From NCBI GenBank assembly GCA_025059745.1, contig JANXDH010000005.1:141150-205149 (forward strand): 64,000 bases of DNA, written 5' to 3'. The notes beneath the pieces are model-generated. The model saw nothing but the letters and a program-made list of their open reading frames with translations, was not told the DNA's origin and did not search any database. Position 1 is the stretch's first letter; every line of letters begins with the position of its first letter. The translations under genes were made by a program, and so were the position numbers. Below, one piece after another: positions 1-9,164 of this stretch. Source of the DNA: Aigarchaeota archaeon. GTDB taxonomy: Archaea; Thermoproteota; Nitrososphaeria_A; Caldarchaeales; Calditenuaceae.

Positions 1-28
1 CTTGATGTTGAGCATCTTAGACGCCCAA

Positions 29-1372
29 TTAAACTATCCTAATGAACTCGTATGCGTCGGTCACGCTCGAGAAGGCGTACCTCACCTTCCTGTACGACCT
101 CCTAAACTCCGCGACTTCTCTCCTGACCTTCGATGGATCCTCTCTCTTCACCAAGACTTTCGATATGAACTCGGCGATAACGTCCATCTCACTCTTTTCC
201 ATGCCTAATCGCGTAACCTCTTGGGTACCGATCCTTATCCCGCTCGGGTTCTTGTAATCCGTCTTGAGTCTGTAGTCCTTGGGTATAAGGTTTCTGTTTG
301 TGATGATGCCCGCCTCCTCCAGCAGGAACTCCGCCTCGCGACCAGTCATGTGTTTGCTCACGTCTACGAGCACCACATGCGATTCAGTATAACCCTTGTG
401 TTCGTAGAGGGGCTCTAGACCCCTCTCATGCAAAGACGCTGCTAAGCTCTTTGAGTTGGCAACTATCTTTGAGGCGTACTCCTCGTAGAAAGCTAGGGCC
501 TCAGCCAACGCTATGGCGACCCCAGCCACAGCGTGGAGGTGGTGATTGCTGTGGAGCCCCGGAAACATGACTGACTTGAACCTCTCAGCGTACTCATCCT
601 TGCTCAGTATCATGCCGTGCTGGGGGCCGGCGAGGGTCTTGTGGGTACTCATCGTCATTGCATCGACACCTTCCCTTATCGGGTCCTGAAACCTCTTCCC
701 TGCGATCAACCCAGCTACGTGAGCGGCGTCGTAGACAACGTACGCGTTGTAACCCTTCGCCAACTCAACTATCTCCTTCACGGGGTGAGGGAATAGGAAG
801 ACGCTGGCGCCGAGCATGAAGAGCCTTGGGGCCTTACCGTCCTCCCTTATGAACTCCTCTATCCTCTTTCTGGTGCCGTCGACGTCGATGTTGAAGTCTT
901 CCTCATCGAAGGCGTAGCGTTCTACCTGTAGGCCCCTGATCACACCGGCCGTACCGCCCCAAGAGGTCTTGCCGTGACTGATGTGACCGCCGTGGGGCAC
1001 GGCCAACGCCATCATCACATCGCCCGGCTGAGTGAATACTGTGTACGCGCCGATGTTAGCCATGACGCCCGAGATCGGTCTGAGGTCCGCGAACTCTGCG
1101 TTGTAGACCCTCTTTGCCAGCTCGATGCCCAACGTCTCGACCATATCTATCCACTTGCAGCCAGCATACAGCCTCTCACCCGGATACCCCTCCGCGTACC
1201 TGTTTCCGAAGTCGCTAGCGAGAGCCATCCTTACGGCTGGACTCGGGACGTTCTCACTCGCTATGAGCGGTATAGAGCCTTTTAGGAACTCGTGGTGTTC
1301 CTCCAGCCACCTTATGACATCGTTGTAGGCCTCTTCAGCGAACTTGGGACCGTCCTTAGGGGGTCTGGTCAT
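29..1372 (-). CDS. glyA: serine hydroxymethyltransferase
   Basis: 447-aa ORF with SHMT motifs LIASENVPSPAV and GYPGERLYAGC, and PLP-lysine region MSTHKTLAGPQHG. Confidence 0.9.
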   Translation of the reverse strand: MTRPPKDGPKFAEEAYNDVIRWLEEHHEFLKGSIPLIASENVPSPAVRMALASDFGNRYAEGYPGERLYAGCKWIDMVETLGIELAKRVYNAEFADLRPISGVMANIGAYTVFTQPGDVMMALAVPHGGHISHGKTSWGGTAGVIRGLQVERYAFDEEDFNIDVDGTRKRIEEFIREDGKAPRLFMLGASVFLFPHPVKEIVELAKGYNAYVVYDAAHVAGLIAGKRFQDPIREGVDAMTMSTHKTLAGPQHGMILSKDEYAERFKSVMFPGLHSNHHLHAVAGVAIALAEALAFYEEYASKIVANSKSLAASLHERGLEPLYEHKGYTESHVVLVDVSKHMTGREAEFLLEEAGIITNRNLIPKDYRLKTDYKNPSGIRIGTQEVTRLGMEKSEMDVIAEFISKVLVKREDPSKVRREVAEFRRSYRKVRYAFSSVTDAYEFIRIV

Positions 1373-1411
1373 CTCTTACTTGGTCACCGTACGAATGTGT
1401 ACCATTTATCT

Positions 1412-2485
1412 CTATTCTTTCTGCTTGTTCTCCCCGCGAGTCCGCAAGTTAGCTCTCCTCGACATTATCCTGGTGTACTGTAGGGGATTCTTTATCTTCG
1501 GGCAGAGCCTACCCTCATCGATGCAGAGGGCGTGAGTCTTCATGGTCGAACAGCTGGGCGTCGTATACCTCGTCCTAGACCCGCGCAAACCCGCAATGTG
1601 CTCCGCCTGATACCTAGCGATCCTGAGGTCAAAGTCGCTCCTCCTCGAGTAGAGAGAGACGACCTCGTCTATGCTGTACCCGATGTTGGTCAAGAAGCTT
1701 GCCAATGCGAAGTTCCCGAAGTGGCCGACGTTCACGCCCTTGAGCAGGGACTCCTTTATCGACCTCATGCAGGGAGGCCACATTCCTTCTGCCTTTCCCT
1801 GAACGAGGAGCTCGTACCCCCTCGAGGTGGTCAACCTCGTCTTGATGTCTTTGACGTACGCGTCCAATGGAGCAAAGCTGCCCTGTACCCTAGTCTCCGA
1901 GAGCCTACTGAGGATCCTGTCCTCTATGGCCTCCCTGACCAACCTCACGAGCTCTCTCTGGGTGACGTATACCCACCCGTTATGCGCTATCCTATTGACC
2001 AACTTCCATTCCAGCGCGTCTATGTGCGAGGTGAGCTTCAGGAAATCGGGTAGGCGAATCTTGAACTCGGACCTCAGTGACAGCTCTTTCTCCTCAGGGT
2101 CCATCACCTCCTCTACCCTGATTGAGAGCTCGTTCTTCAATAGGTCTTTGACGAAGGCCGGCTCCTCCTCGAGTAGGTAGTTCTCGCACCTGATCGTCTC
2201 TGCAAGAGCCCACCTCCTCGCCAGCCAGCTATCGCCGACCATGGAGACCAGGATGAGCGCAATGGGGAAACTGATGAACTCGGTCTCAGGGTCTGTCGTC
2301 TCGCTTATTACCGATCTCTCTCCCCTCTCGATCGCCTCCACGATCCTCTGGTGCGCACGTTGTATGAACGGTTTGAAGTAATCCTTCGAGAGCTCTTCGA
2401 GGGTCAGGTTCAACTTGGATATGTAACTTTTACCCGCGGATACGAAGGGGTACCTCGCGAGCGTCTCGAAGGTTACCCTCTGCAT
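1412..2485 (-). CDS. priL: DNA primase large subunit PriL
   Basis: 357-aa ORF with a helical N-domain and a C-terminal Cys-rich Fe-S domain (WPPCMRS, TPSCSTM, HALC, RLCP), as in archaeal PriL. Confidence 0.75.
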   Translation of the reverse strand: MQRVTFETLARYPFVSAGKSYISKLNLTLEELSKDYFKPFIQRAHQRIVEAIERGERSVISETTDPETEFISFPIALILVSMVGDSWLARRWALAETIRCENYLLEEEPAFVKDLLKNELSIRVEEVMDPEEKELSLRSEFKIRLPDFLKLTSHIDALEWKLVNRIAHNGWVYVTQRELVRLVREAIEDRILSRLSETRVQGSFAPLDAYVKDIKTRLTTSRGYELLVQGKAEGMWPPCMRSIKESLLKGVNVGHFGNFALASFLTNIGYSIDEVVSLYSRRSDFDLRIARYQAEHIAGLRGSRTRYTTPSCSTMKTHALCIDEGRLCPKIKNPLQYTRIMSRRANLRTRGENKQKE

Positions 2486-2512
2486 CCCCTAAGCTAACTC
2501 ATTGTCGAGGGC

Positions 2513-3070
2513 CTACTTATGTGTACCCCTATCGACCCTCTCGACGAGGGCCTTGAACAACTCTATTATCATGCTGTCAGCAAGGTCTTGGGACGCCGAG
2601 TCCAGGAAGGGTCTCGGGTCGAAGTCCGTATCCGTGAGCGAGTAGACCAGGGCCTGGAGCGCCATCTCGAGCTTGTCGACCTCGCTCACCAACACTGCCT
2701 CGGGAGACGATTTGGTCAGGTACTCCGTGTAGAGTCCTCTGAAGTACTCCCTAACCTCGACAGGCACTCCTCCTAAGATGCTCGATAGGGCCGAGTACTC
2801 GATCTCCGTGAGGTCCTCCTCTGGGAGCCGACCCTTCTCCCACGGGGTGAGGTCGCCTGTGACCGCCTCCGGTAGATCGTGGACCAGTCCAAGAAGGGAC
2901 GCCTTGTACGGGTCCAGACCCTTAATTTTAGCTAGGATGGCGCTAATAATAGCTACAGAGAAGGAGTGCTCAGCGACAGACTCCACATCGACTAAACCGC
3001 TCTTCAACCACCCAGTACGTGATACGCTCTTTAGCCTCAGGCAGGCCAGAAAAGCCGAGATTACGTCCAT
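2513..3070 (-). CDS. HD-domain phosphohydrolase (YfbR-like)
   Basis: 185-aa ORF with AEHSFSVA ... LVHDLPEAVTGD, the H..HD..D metal-binding pattern. Confidence 0.7.
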   Translation of the reverse strand: MDVISAFLACLRLKSVSRTGWLKSGLVDVESVAEHSFSVAIISAILAKIKGLDPYKASLLGLVHDLPEAVTGDLTPWEKGRLPEEDLTEIEYSALSSILGGVPVEVREYFRGLYTEYLTKSSPEAVLVSEVDKLEMALQALVYSLTDTDFDPRPFLDSASQDLADSMIIELFKALVERVDRGTHK

Positions 3071-3126
3071 CTCAGGAGGAGGTCATCCACTAAGGTTATT
3101 TAACCATACGCCAACACCCTATCAAT

Positions 3127-4692
3127 GTGGTATTGGGGAGGTTCTCCCGAACGGCCCTAGCAATACAGGTCTTCACGGCCGGTTTCGTGATCATGGTCCT
3201 CGAGCTTCTAGGTAGCAGGATCCTGACCCCAGTCTATGGCAACACGATAAACACCTGGGGAGGCATAATCGGCGTGGTCATGTCGGGGCTCGCACTGGGC
3301 TACTACATGGGTGGCGTGATCTCAACGAGGACGAGGGACTTCAGGGTCCTTTCGGTCCTCATGATACTCTCTTCCTTCTACGTGATAATCATGGCGTCCG
3401 TAGACGCGTTCATACTCTCTCTGCTCTCGCCCGAGAACGTCGACGATCGGTTGGGCGTGATCTCGGCCTCCCTCTTCATCCTCGGCCCCCCGACCGTGCT
3501 ACTGGGCGCTATCCCCCCGATCTCTGTGAGGCTGATATCGAATGAGATCGTTAAGACCGGCCGTTCCGCAGGGTTCATCTACGCACTCTCTACTCTCGGC
3601 AGCATAGCAGGTACGTTCATGACCACCTACCTGCTGATACCGATGCTCGATATAAGGACGGTGATATACCTCTCGTCTTTGACCCTCTTCGCCGTATCAT
3701 CAATGACGCTGAGGTGGAGGTATGTCCTGATCTCAGGGTTGGTGATGATCTTCCTCATAATCCCCATAAACATCGGTCTCTACGCCACCTGTATCTCGTC
3801 GTACATCGGTGAAGTGGTTTATCGCGATGAATCGCTCTACAGTCAGATAGCGGTGGTCGACCGCGGTAATCTGAGGTACCTCTACCTCAACGGTCTCCTA
3901 CATAGCGTCATGGACGTCAACGACCCATACTCGCTCGTGGCCCAGTACACTAAGTTCTTCATCTTGGGCCCCCTCCTTAGACCAGACTCTGAGAGCGTCC
4001 TCTTCATCGGTGGAGGTGGGTTCTCGACTCCGAAACATTTCCTGAAGTACTACGACTTCTCGGTCGTGGATGTGGTCGAGATAGACCCGGAGGTCGTTGA
4101 GGTGGCGAGGCGCTACTTCAACCTATCAGAGGACCAGCGCTTGGGTGTATACGTCTTGGACGGTAGGAGGTACCTCTCAATCACGAACAGATCGTACGAT
4201 CTGATAATCATCGACGCCTACTCTAAAAATTACATCCCCTTCCACATGTTGACGCTCGAGTTCGTCTCCTCTGTAAAGTCGAGGCTCAAAGATGACGGTG
4301 TGGTCATGCTCAATATAATATCGTCTCTCAGCGGCCCCACCTCCGATGTCCTGTGGGCCACGTACAAGATTTACAGGTTAAACTTCAGGTATGTCTACGT
4401 TATCCCCGTAACCAGTTCCCTCGCCTTCGATGTCCAGAACCTAATCTTACTGGCCAGTGACCATCAGATGGACGTTGACCTCCTCACCTCAGGCAGTTCT
4501 GGCGACGGTCTGTCAACAGATATTGACATCAATAAGGCTATGCAGTCACTGATCAGGACGCCATATAGAGAGGACGTGCCGTTACTGACCGACGAGTTCG
4601 CTCCCATCGAGTTCTTGATAAACCCCATAACCGGGACACGGTTCGGGCGGGAATACTACCTAGGGATAATCAGACCGTCCATATGCGGTTGA
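3127..4692 (+). CDS. polytopic membrane protein fused to spermidine-synthase-like (class I SAM-fold) domain
   Basis: 521 aa. The N-terminal ~220 aa are hydrophobic helices. The C-terminal part has FIGGGGFSTP, VDVVEIDPEVVEVARRYF and IIIDAYS, resembling SpeE-fold aminopropyltransferases. Confidence 0.65.
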   Translation: MVLGRFSRTALAIQVFTAGFVIMVLELLGSRILTPVYGNTINTWGGIIGVVMSGLALGYYMGGVISTRTRDFRVLSVLMILSSFYVIIMASVDAFILSLLSPENVDDRLGVISASLFILGPPTVLLGAIPPISVRLISNEIVKTGRSAGFIYALSTLGSIAGTFMTTYLLIPMLDIRTVIYLSSLTLFAVSSMTLRWRYVLISGLVMIFLIIPINIGLYATCISSYIGEVVYRDESLYSQIAVVDRGNLRYLYLNGLLHSVMDVNDPYSLVAQYTKFFILGPLLRPDSESVLFIGGGGFSTPKHFLKYYDFSVVDVVEIDPEVVEVARRYFNLSEDQRLGVYVLDGRRYLSITNRSYDLIIIDAYSKNYIPFHMLTLEFVSSVKSRLKDDGVVMLNIISSLSGPTSDVLWATYKIYRLNFRYVYVIPVTSSLAFDVQNLILLASDHQMDVDLLTSGSSGDGLSTDIDINKAMQSLIRTPYREDVPLLTDEFAPIEFLINPITGTRFGREYYLGIIRPSICG

Positions 4693-4742
4693 GATAGGTA
4701 ATATCAAAAGACTTAATATCTTGAGTAGAAGAGACCGAGTGG

Positions 4743-5261
4743 ATGGTAATCACGGAGGAACCATCGAGGATCGGGAAATTATCGGGCCTGAACCTCAAGA
4801 GGCTGCGGTTGTACGACGGGTCGTTAAATTTCGACTACGCACACTTCATCCCGAGCATTAAGAAGTGTTCGGTCCTACACGGTCACTCGTCTAGGGTAGT
4901 GGTCGAGCTGATCGGCGAGCCATCTGCGGACGGAATAGTGGTCGACTTCGGACTCCTGAAATCGGTAACGAAATCGGTCTTGAAAGATCTGGATCACAAG
5001 TTAATTGTCGCGGATCGGTACTTAAGGGACGTCTCAGACCACGAGGTCACCATCGAGTTCCTCGGTGCCAACGGCCGTTACACTCTCAGGGTCCCCCCCT
5101 CAGGCGTCGTGATAACTCAGTTCGAGAGCACTGTCGAGAATATCTCATCACTCATAGCGAACCGAATTCTAGAATCACTCCCTGGAAACGTGTTAGAAGT
5201 AAAAGTGGTGGTGAGTGAGGGTTTCGGAAAATCTGCCTCGTCCAAAGCATCCAGACAGTAA
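4743..5261 (+). CDS. queD: 6-carboxy-tetrahydropterin synthase / PTPS family
   Basis: 172 aa with FDYAHF ... LHGHS motif of the PTPS/QueD family. It lies directly upstream of and overlapping queC. Confidence 0.7.
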   Translation: MVITEEPSRIGKLSGLNLKRLRLYDGSLNFDYAHFIPSIKKCSVLHGHSSRVVVELIGEPSADGIVVDFGLLKSVTKSVLKDLDHKLIVADRYLRDVSDHEVTIEFLGANGRYTLRVPPSGVVITQFESTVENISSLIANRILESLPGNVLEVKVVVSEGFGKSASSKASRQ

Positions 5262-5904
5262 GCGCAGGTGCGTCCTTCTTTTATCAGGTGGTATAGACTC
5301 AGCCACATCCTTGTGGCTCAAGAAGAGAGAGAGTTATGAGGTAGTGACCCTCTCGGTCCTGTTTCATAACAGGAACGAACGGGAGGTCGATGCCTCGAGG
5401 ACCCTCGCGCGGAAGGCTGGTGTGAAGCTACATCTAGAGTGCTCCTTACCCTACCTCAGGGAGGCCGTCGATCTAGACGAGGGACTAAGGTCAAGGTTGG
5501 AATCGAAGAACATCCCGTCGACCCTCATCCCCTACCGGAACTTGATATTCTATTCTTTAGGGTCCTACTTTGCAGTCGTGAACGATTGCAGCACCGTCGT
5601 GGTATCTCATAATAAGGACGATATAGGCCGCTTCCCTGACGTCTCGCACGAGTTCGTACAGAAAATCAACGAATTGTTGATCCTGGGAGCGCCTGACGTG
5701 CCGATAACTGTGGAGGCCCCGTTACTGAACTACCGGAAGGAGGACGTATTCGCGCTGGCCGTCGAGCTTGGAGTGCCACTGAGCGATACTTGGAGCTGCT
5801 GGGGTACCGCGGAGTTTCATTGCGGCCGATGCCTTGGATGTGAGACGCGGAAGAGACTTTTCGCATCTTTCGGACTAAGGGACGACACGGTATACATCCG
5901 GTAG
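5215..5904 (+). CDS. queC: 7-cyano-7-deazaguanine synthase
   Basis: PP-loop LLLSGGIDSATS and a C-terminal Zn Cys cluster CWGTAEFHCGRCLGC. GTG start overlaps the queD 3' end by 47 nt. Confidence 0.8.
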   Translation: MRVSENLPRPKHPDSKRRCVLLLSGGIDSATSLWLKKRESYEVVTLSVLFHNRNEREVDASRTLARKAGVKLHLECSLPYLREAVDLDEGLRSRLESKNIPSTLIPYRNLIFYSLGSYFAVVNDCSTVVVSHNKDDIGRFPDVSHEFVQKINELLILGAPDVPITVEAPLLNYRKEDVFALAVELGVPLSDTWSCWGTAEFHCGRCLGCETRKRLFASFGLRDDTVYIR

Positions 5905-5908
5905 ATGG

Positions 5909-5918
5909 TTTTATATAT
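5909..5918 (+). promoter_or_regulatory. TATA-box candidate for sucC (leaderless spacing)
   Basis: ttttatatat is centred ~27 nt upstream of the GTG start at 5940. Confidence 0.45.
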
Positions 5919-5939
5919 CACAGGTCACGCGCTAACAGC

Positions 5940-7073
5940 GTGAAGCTTTACGAGTACCAAGCGATGTCTCTCTTCAAGGAGTACGGTATTCCGGTACCGC
6001 TCTTCGAGGTCATCGACTCGCCTAGGGACGCAGAGTCATCGGCCGAGGAGATCGGGTTACCGGTCGTCCTGAAGGCCCAGGTGTTGGTGGGGGGCAGGGG
6101 TAAGGCAGGAGGAATAAAGGTAGCCCACTCACTGGGGGAGGTGAAAAGTCTAGCCTCGACCATGTTAATGAGCGAGATAAGAGGTGAGTTGGTAAAGAGA
6201 CTCGTTGTGGCGGAGGCCGTTGAAGTGGAACGCGAGCTGTACCTCTCAGCAACGCTCGAGAAATACGGGGGTAATTACTTGTTTATGGCGTCCCCGGAGG
6301 GCGGGGTCGATATAGAGGAGGTCGCAAAGGGATCCCCGGAGAAGATAGTTATGCTCGAGGTCGATCCATTGGTCGGCATCCGGGAGTATCATATGAGAGC
6401 GATAGCCCGTAGACTGGACATACCTCCCACCTCCCTGCCGGACCTGATGAACATCCTAAAGGGCCTGTTCACCATCTTCAAGAGCTACAACTGCGAGTTA
6501 GCTGAGATAAACCCGCTGGCTTTAACTAATAAAGGCAACTTAATCGCGTTGGACGCGAAGGTCATTATCGACGATAACGCTCTCAGGGTCTACCCCCACA
6601 TCTCCCGGTTGGAGGTGGAGGAGGTAAGCGGCATAGAGGGAGAGGCGAGGAGGCACGGCTTCAGCTACGTCGAGATGGACGGAGACATAGGCATCATAGG
6701 CAACGGCGCGGGCCTGACTATGACCACGATGGATCTTATAAAGTTCTACGGTGGGCGGCCTGCGAACTTTCTGGACATAGGAGGCGGTGCGGACGCCGAG
6801 AGGGTCTACAAGGCGACATCCCTGCTTCTCAAACACCATGCAGTTAAAGTCCTCTTCGTCAACGTCCTAGGCGGTATAACGCGTTGTGATGAGGTCGCCA
6901 AGGGTCTGGTCAGGGCAATGAAGGAATCCGGAGCGGGGAAGAGACTGGTAGTGAGGCTCGTTGGCACTAGGGAGGAGGAGGGCCGGGCGATACTGACCTC
7001 TAACGGATACGAATATTTCAGCTCCATGGATGAGGCCGCAAAAAAGGCCATCGAGCTTTCAAAGATGGGTTGA
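5940..7073 (+). CDS. sucC: succinyl-CoA synthetase beta (ATP-grasp) subunit
   Basis: 377 aa with MKLYEYQAMSLFKEYGIPVP, VLKAQVLVGGRGKAGGIKV and GIIGNGAGLTMTTMD, typical of SucC. Confidence 0.85.
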   Translation: MKLYEYQAMSLFKEYGIPVPLFEVIDSPRDAESSAEEIGLPVVLKAQVLVGGRGKAGGIKVAHSLGEVKSLASTMLMSEIRGELVKRLVVAEAVEVERELYLSATLEKYGGNYLFMASPEGGVDIEEVAKGSPEKIVMLEVDPLVGIREYHMRAIARRLDIPPTSLPDLMNILKGLFTIFKSYNCELAEINPLALTNKGNLIALDAKVIIDDNALRVYPHISRLEVEEVSGIEGEARRHGFSYVEMDGDIGIIGNGAGLTMTTMDLIKFYGGRPANFLDIGGGADAERVYKATSLLLKHHAVKVLFVNVLGGITRCDEVAKGLVRAMKESGAGKRLVVRLVGTREEEGRAILTSNGYEYFSSMDEAAKKAIELSKMG

Positions 7074-7651
7074 TGTCGAGAGAGTACCCGCATTTCTACA
7101 GAGTCACATCGCTCTTAGGACTGATCGGGGCCGTCGCGGCCTACCCCCTCGTGATTTTAGCAGTTATCCAATCGCCATGGTTTGATCTCTTCTCGAATGC
7201 GTTGAGCGACCTCGGTAGGTACTCAAACTATCCCGGGAACGTATACTTCAACGCTGGTCTTATCTTATCGGGCTTGCTAACTAGCGTATTCGCAATCTCA
7301 CTGATCGTCAGTGTGAAGTCGATCTCCTTGGAGACTTGGAAATATACGTTGTTAATCGCGACCGTATCACTCATAGCTATCGGTCTCTTCCCCGAGGACC
7401 TCGGAGCTCTTCACCTGGTCCCCTCTGTGACCTTCTTTGCGTCTTTACCTCTCACCATCTTGATCTACGGCACCATCAACCTGTACTCAGGGAGGAAAGC
7501 CGTGGGAGTAGAGGCCCTCATACTCTCCAGCGCGTGTATAGGTGTCTGGACTGCAGACTGGTCGTGGTCGGGCGTCGCTATACAGGAGCTCATCACCTCG
7601 ATCATAGGCAGTTACTGGATCGTAAAGGTCATCGCATCGTTGAGCCACTAA
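7070..7651 (+). CDS. integral membrane protein (DUF998-like)
   Basis: 193 aa with ~6 hydrophobic helices. Its start overlaps the sucC stop (TGATG). Confidence 0.4.
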   Translation: MMSREYPHFYRVTSLLGLIGAVAAYPLVILAVIQSPWFDLFSNALSDLGRYSNYPGNVYFNAGLILSGLLTSVFAISLIVSVKSISLETWKYTLLIATVSLIAIGLFPEDLGALHLVPSVTFFASLPLTILIYGTINLYSGRKAVGVEALILSSACIGVWTADWSWSGVAIQELITSIIGSYWIVKVIASLSH

Positions 7652-7710
7652 CAATTTTTGACCGTCCTGAAGAAACGTATATTATTCAGACACCACATTG
7701 AGATGAAGGT

Positions 7711-8898
7711 ATGCGTGATTATCACCTCATATGGACTGCTTTTCTCACCACGTGGGTTTGCGCGTATGCCGCCAGGACCCTCTTCTCACCGGCTATACCT
7801 CCTATCATGAGGGACCTCTCACTATCATACACGCTTATAGGCCTCGCCTCCTCGGCGATCTTTTACACGTACGCCCTGACGCAGTTCGCCGCCGGGTTCA
7901 TCGGTTCCAGATTCGGGAGAAAGAGGGCCCTGATCTTTGGCATGGGAGTGAGTGGCATCGCTACGACACTGACCTCAATAGCCAACGATCTCATCTCACT
8001 GATTACCTTCAGAACAATGACGGGCCTGGGTCAGGGCTTCCTGTTCAGCAACGACAGATCGATAATAGCCCACGTGACGCCGAAAGAGAAGTTGGGGTTC
8101 GCTCAGGGTCTCTCGTTCTCCGGTGTGGGCATCGGTTTACTATTGGGCGTTTTCGGGGGAGGTCTATTGATAGGCGTTTTAGGCTGGAGGGTCACTTTCT
8201 TATTAGTCGCATCCCTCTCGCTCATATCACTATTCTTGCTGACGACGATGGTCAAGGAGCCTCCGAGGGAGGACTGGAACGCCCTGAATATCAAGTCTGC
8301 CGTGAAGGGTTTGATGGTCGACAGGGAGTATATAGCGCTCATACTGGCAGGCGTTCCCATTCATTACAACTACTGGGTGCTGACGACATGGTTGCCTACC
8401 GCTTTGATAGAGAGCAAGATAGGCGACGTCTTCACCTCGACGGCGATCACCTCCCTGATAGGTATAGCAGCACCAGTAGGTCTGGTCACCCTCGGCAAAC
8501 TGAGTGATATAGCTTTTATGAAGGGGAGGGGCGAGTGGATCATCGTAGGAGCGCTCTCAGCATCGCTAGTGATAATGACGCTCTTGTTGACCGTGGAGTA
8601 CGTGATGAGGGCCCACGTAGCTCTGATATTCGTTACGACGTTCTTAACCGGTTTAGCCATATGGGGAACTTGGGCTCCCATGTATCGTATAGCGGCTCGG
8701 GTGAGGTCAGGCTCCTTGTCCGCGATAGCCTTCGGGATCATGAACGGGTTCCACTTCATAGGTGCCATCGTGTCCCCATTCATAACGGGTTACATTAGGG
8801 ACCTGACGGGAGACTTCACCTCGGGATTCGTAATAGCCGCCCTCTTCCCACTCCTCTGCGTCGTGTTAGGGTTCACGGTTAAGTTCAAAAGCAGCTGA
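7711..8898 (+). CDS. MFS transporter
   Basis: 395 aa, ~12 TM helices, with the MFS loop motif GFIGSRFGRKRAL between TM2 and TM3. Confidence 0.75.
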   Translation: MRDYHLIWTAFLTTWVCAYAARTLFSPAIPPIMRDLSLSYTLIGLASSAIFYTYALTQFAAGFIGSRFGRKRALIFGMGVSGIATTLTSIANDLISLITFRTMTGLGQGFLFSNDRSIIAHVTPKEKLGFAQGLSFSGVGIGLLLGVFGGGLLIGVLGWRVTFLLVASLSLISLFLLTTMVKEPPREDWNALNIKSAVKGLMVDREYIALILAGVPIHYNYWVLTTWLPTALIESKIGDVFTSTAITSLIGIAAPVGLVTLGKLSDIAFMKGRGEWIIVGALSASLVIMTLLLTVEYVMRAHVALIFVTTFLTGLAIWGTWAPMYRIAARVRSGSLSAIAFGIMNGFHFIGAIVSPFITGYIRDLTGDFTSGFVIAALFPLLCVVLGFTVKFKSS

Positions 8899-8908
8899 GG
8901 ATCTGCGA

Positions 8909-9058
8909 TTACATCGGGGTCGGTCTGAAGACGCTGTCCACATCTGACTCACAATAGATCGATCTATCCACTTTTACCGCACAATCCTCGCAGAGGCTCA
9001 CGCCGCAGATGGTGCACGACCCTATTGCGTCCTTAGCCGGATGGTTCCGACATTTCAT
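8909..9058 (-). CDS. small B-box-type zinc-finger protein (49 aa, not in ORF track)
   Basis: Own translation: MKCRNHPAKDAIGSCTICGVSLCEDCAVKVDRSIYCESDVDSVFRPTPM, with a C-x2-H..C-x2-C..C-x2-C..C pattern. A TATA (gatatatcg) lies 27 nt upstream. Confidence 0.45.
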   Translation of the reverse strand: MKCRNHPAKDAIGSCTICGVSLCEDCAVKVDRSIYCESDVDSVFRPTPM

Positions 9059-9080
9059 AAAATTTCCCTAAAGAGGCTCG

Positions 9081-9089
9081 GATATATCG
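9081..9089 (-). promoter_or_regulatory. TATA-box candidate for the 49-aa zinc-finger ORF
   Basis: gatatatcg is centred 27 nt upstream of the ATG at 9058 on the minus strand. Confidence 0.35.
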
Positions 9090-9164
9090 TTTTGCAGGTT
9101 AAGTGTTACAATCATGATCGTGGCAAGGTTTATTTATGGTATCCAATCTCTTAGTGTGTAGTGG

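Noticed and set aside
7731-8507. 258-aa alternative-frame ORF overlapping the MFS transporter (similar cases at 28430-28996 in ctaB and 19625-20200 antisense to the nitroreductase)
   Set aside because: The translations are Arg/Gly/His-rich with no hydrophobic core or motifs, while the overlapping frames encode well-formed membrane or enzyme proteins. These are likely chance open frames in GC-balanced coding DNA.
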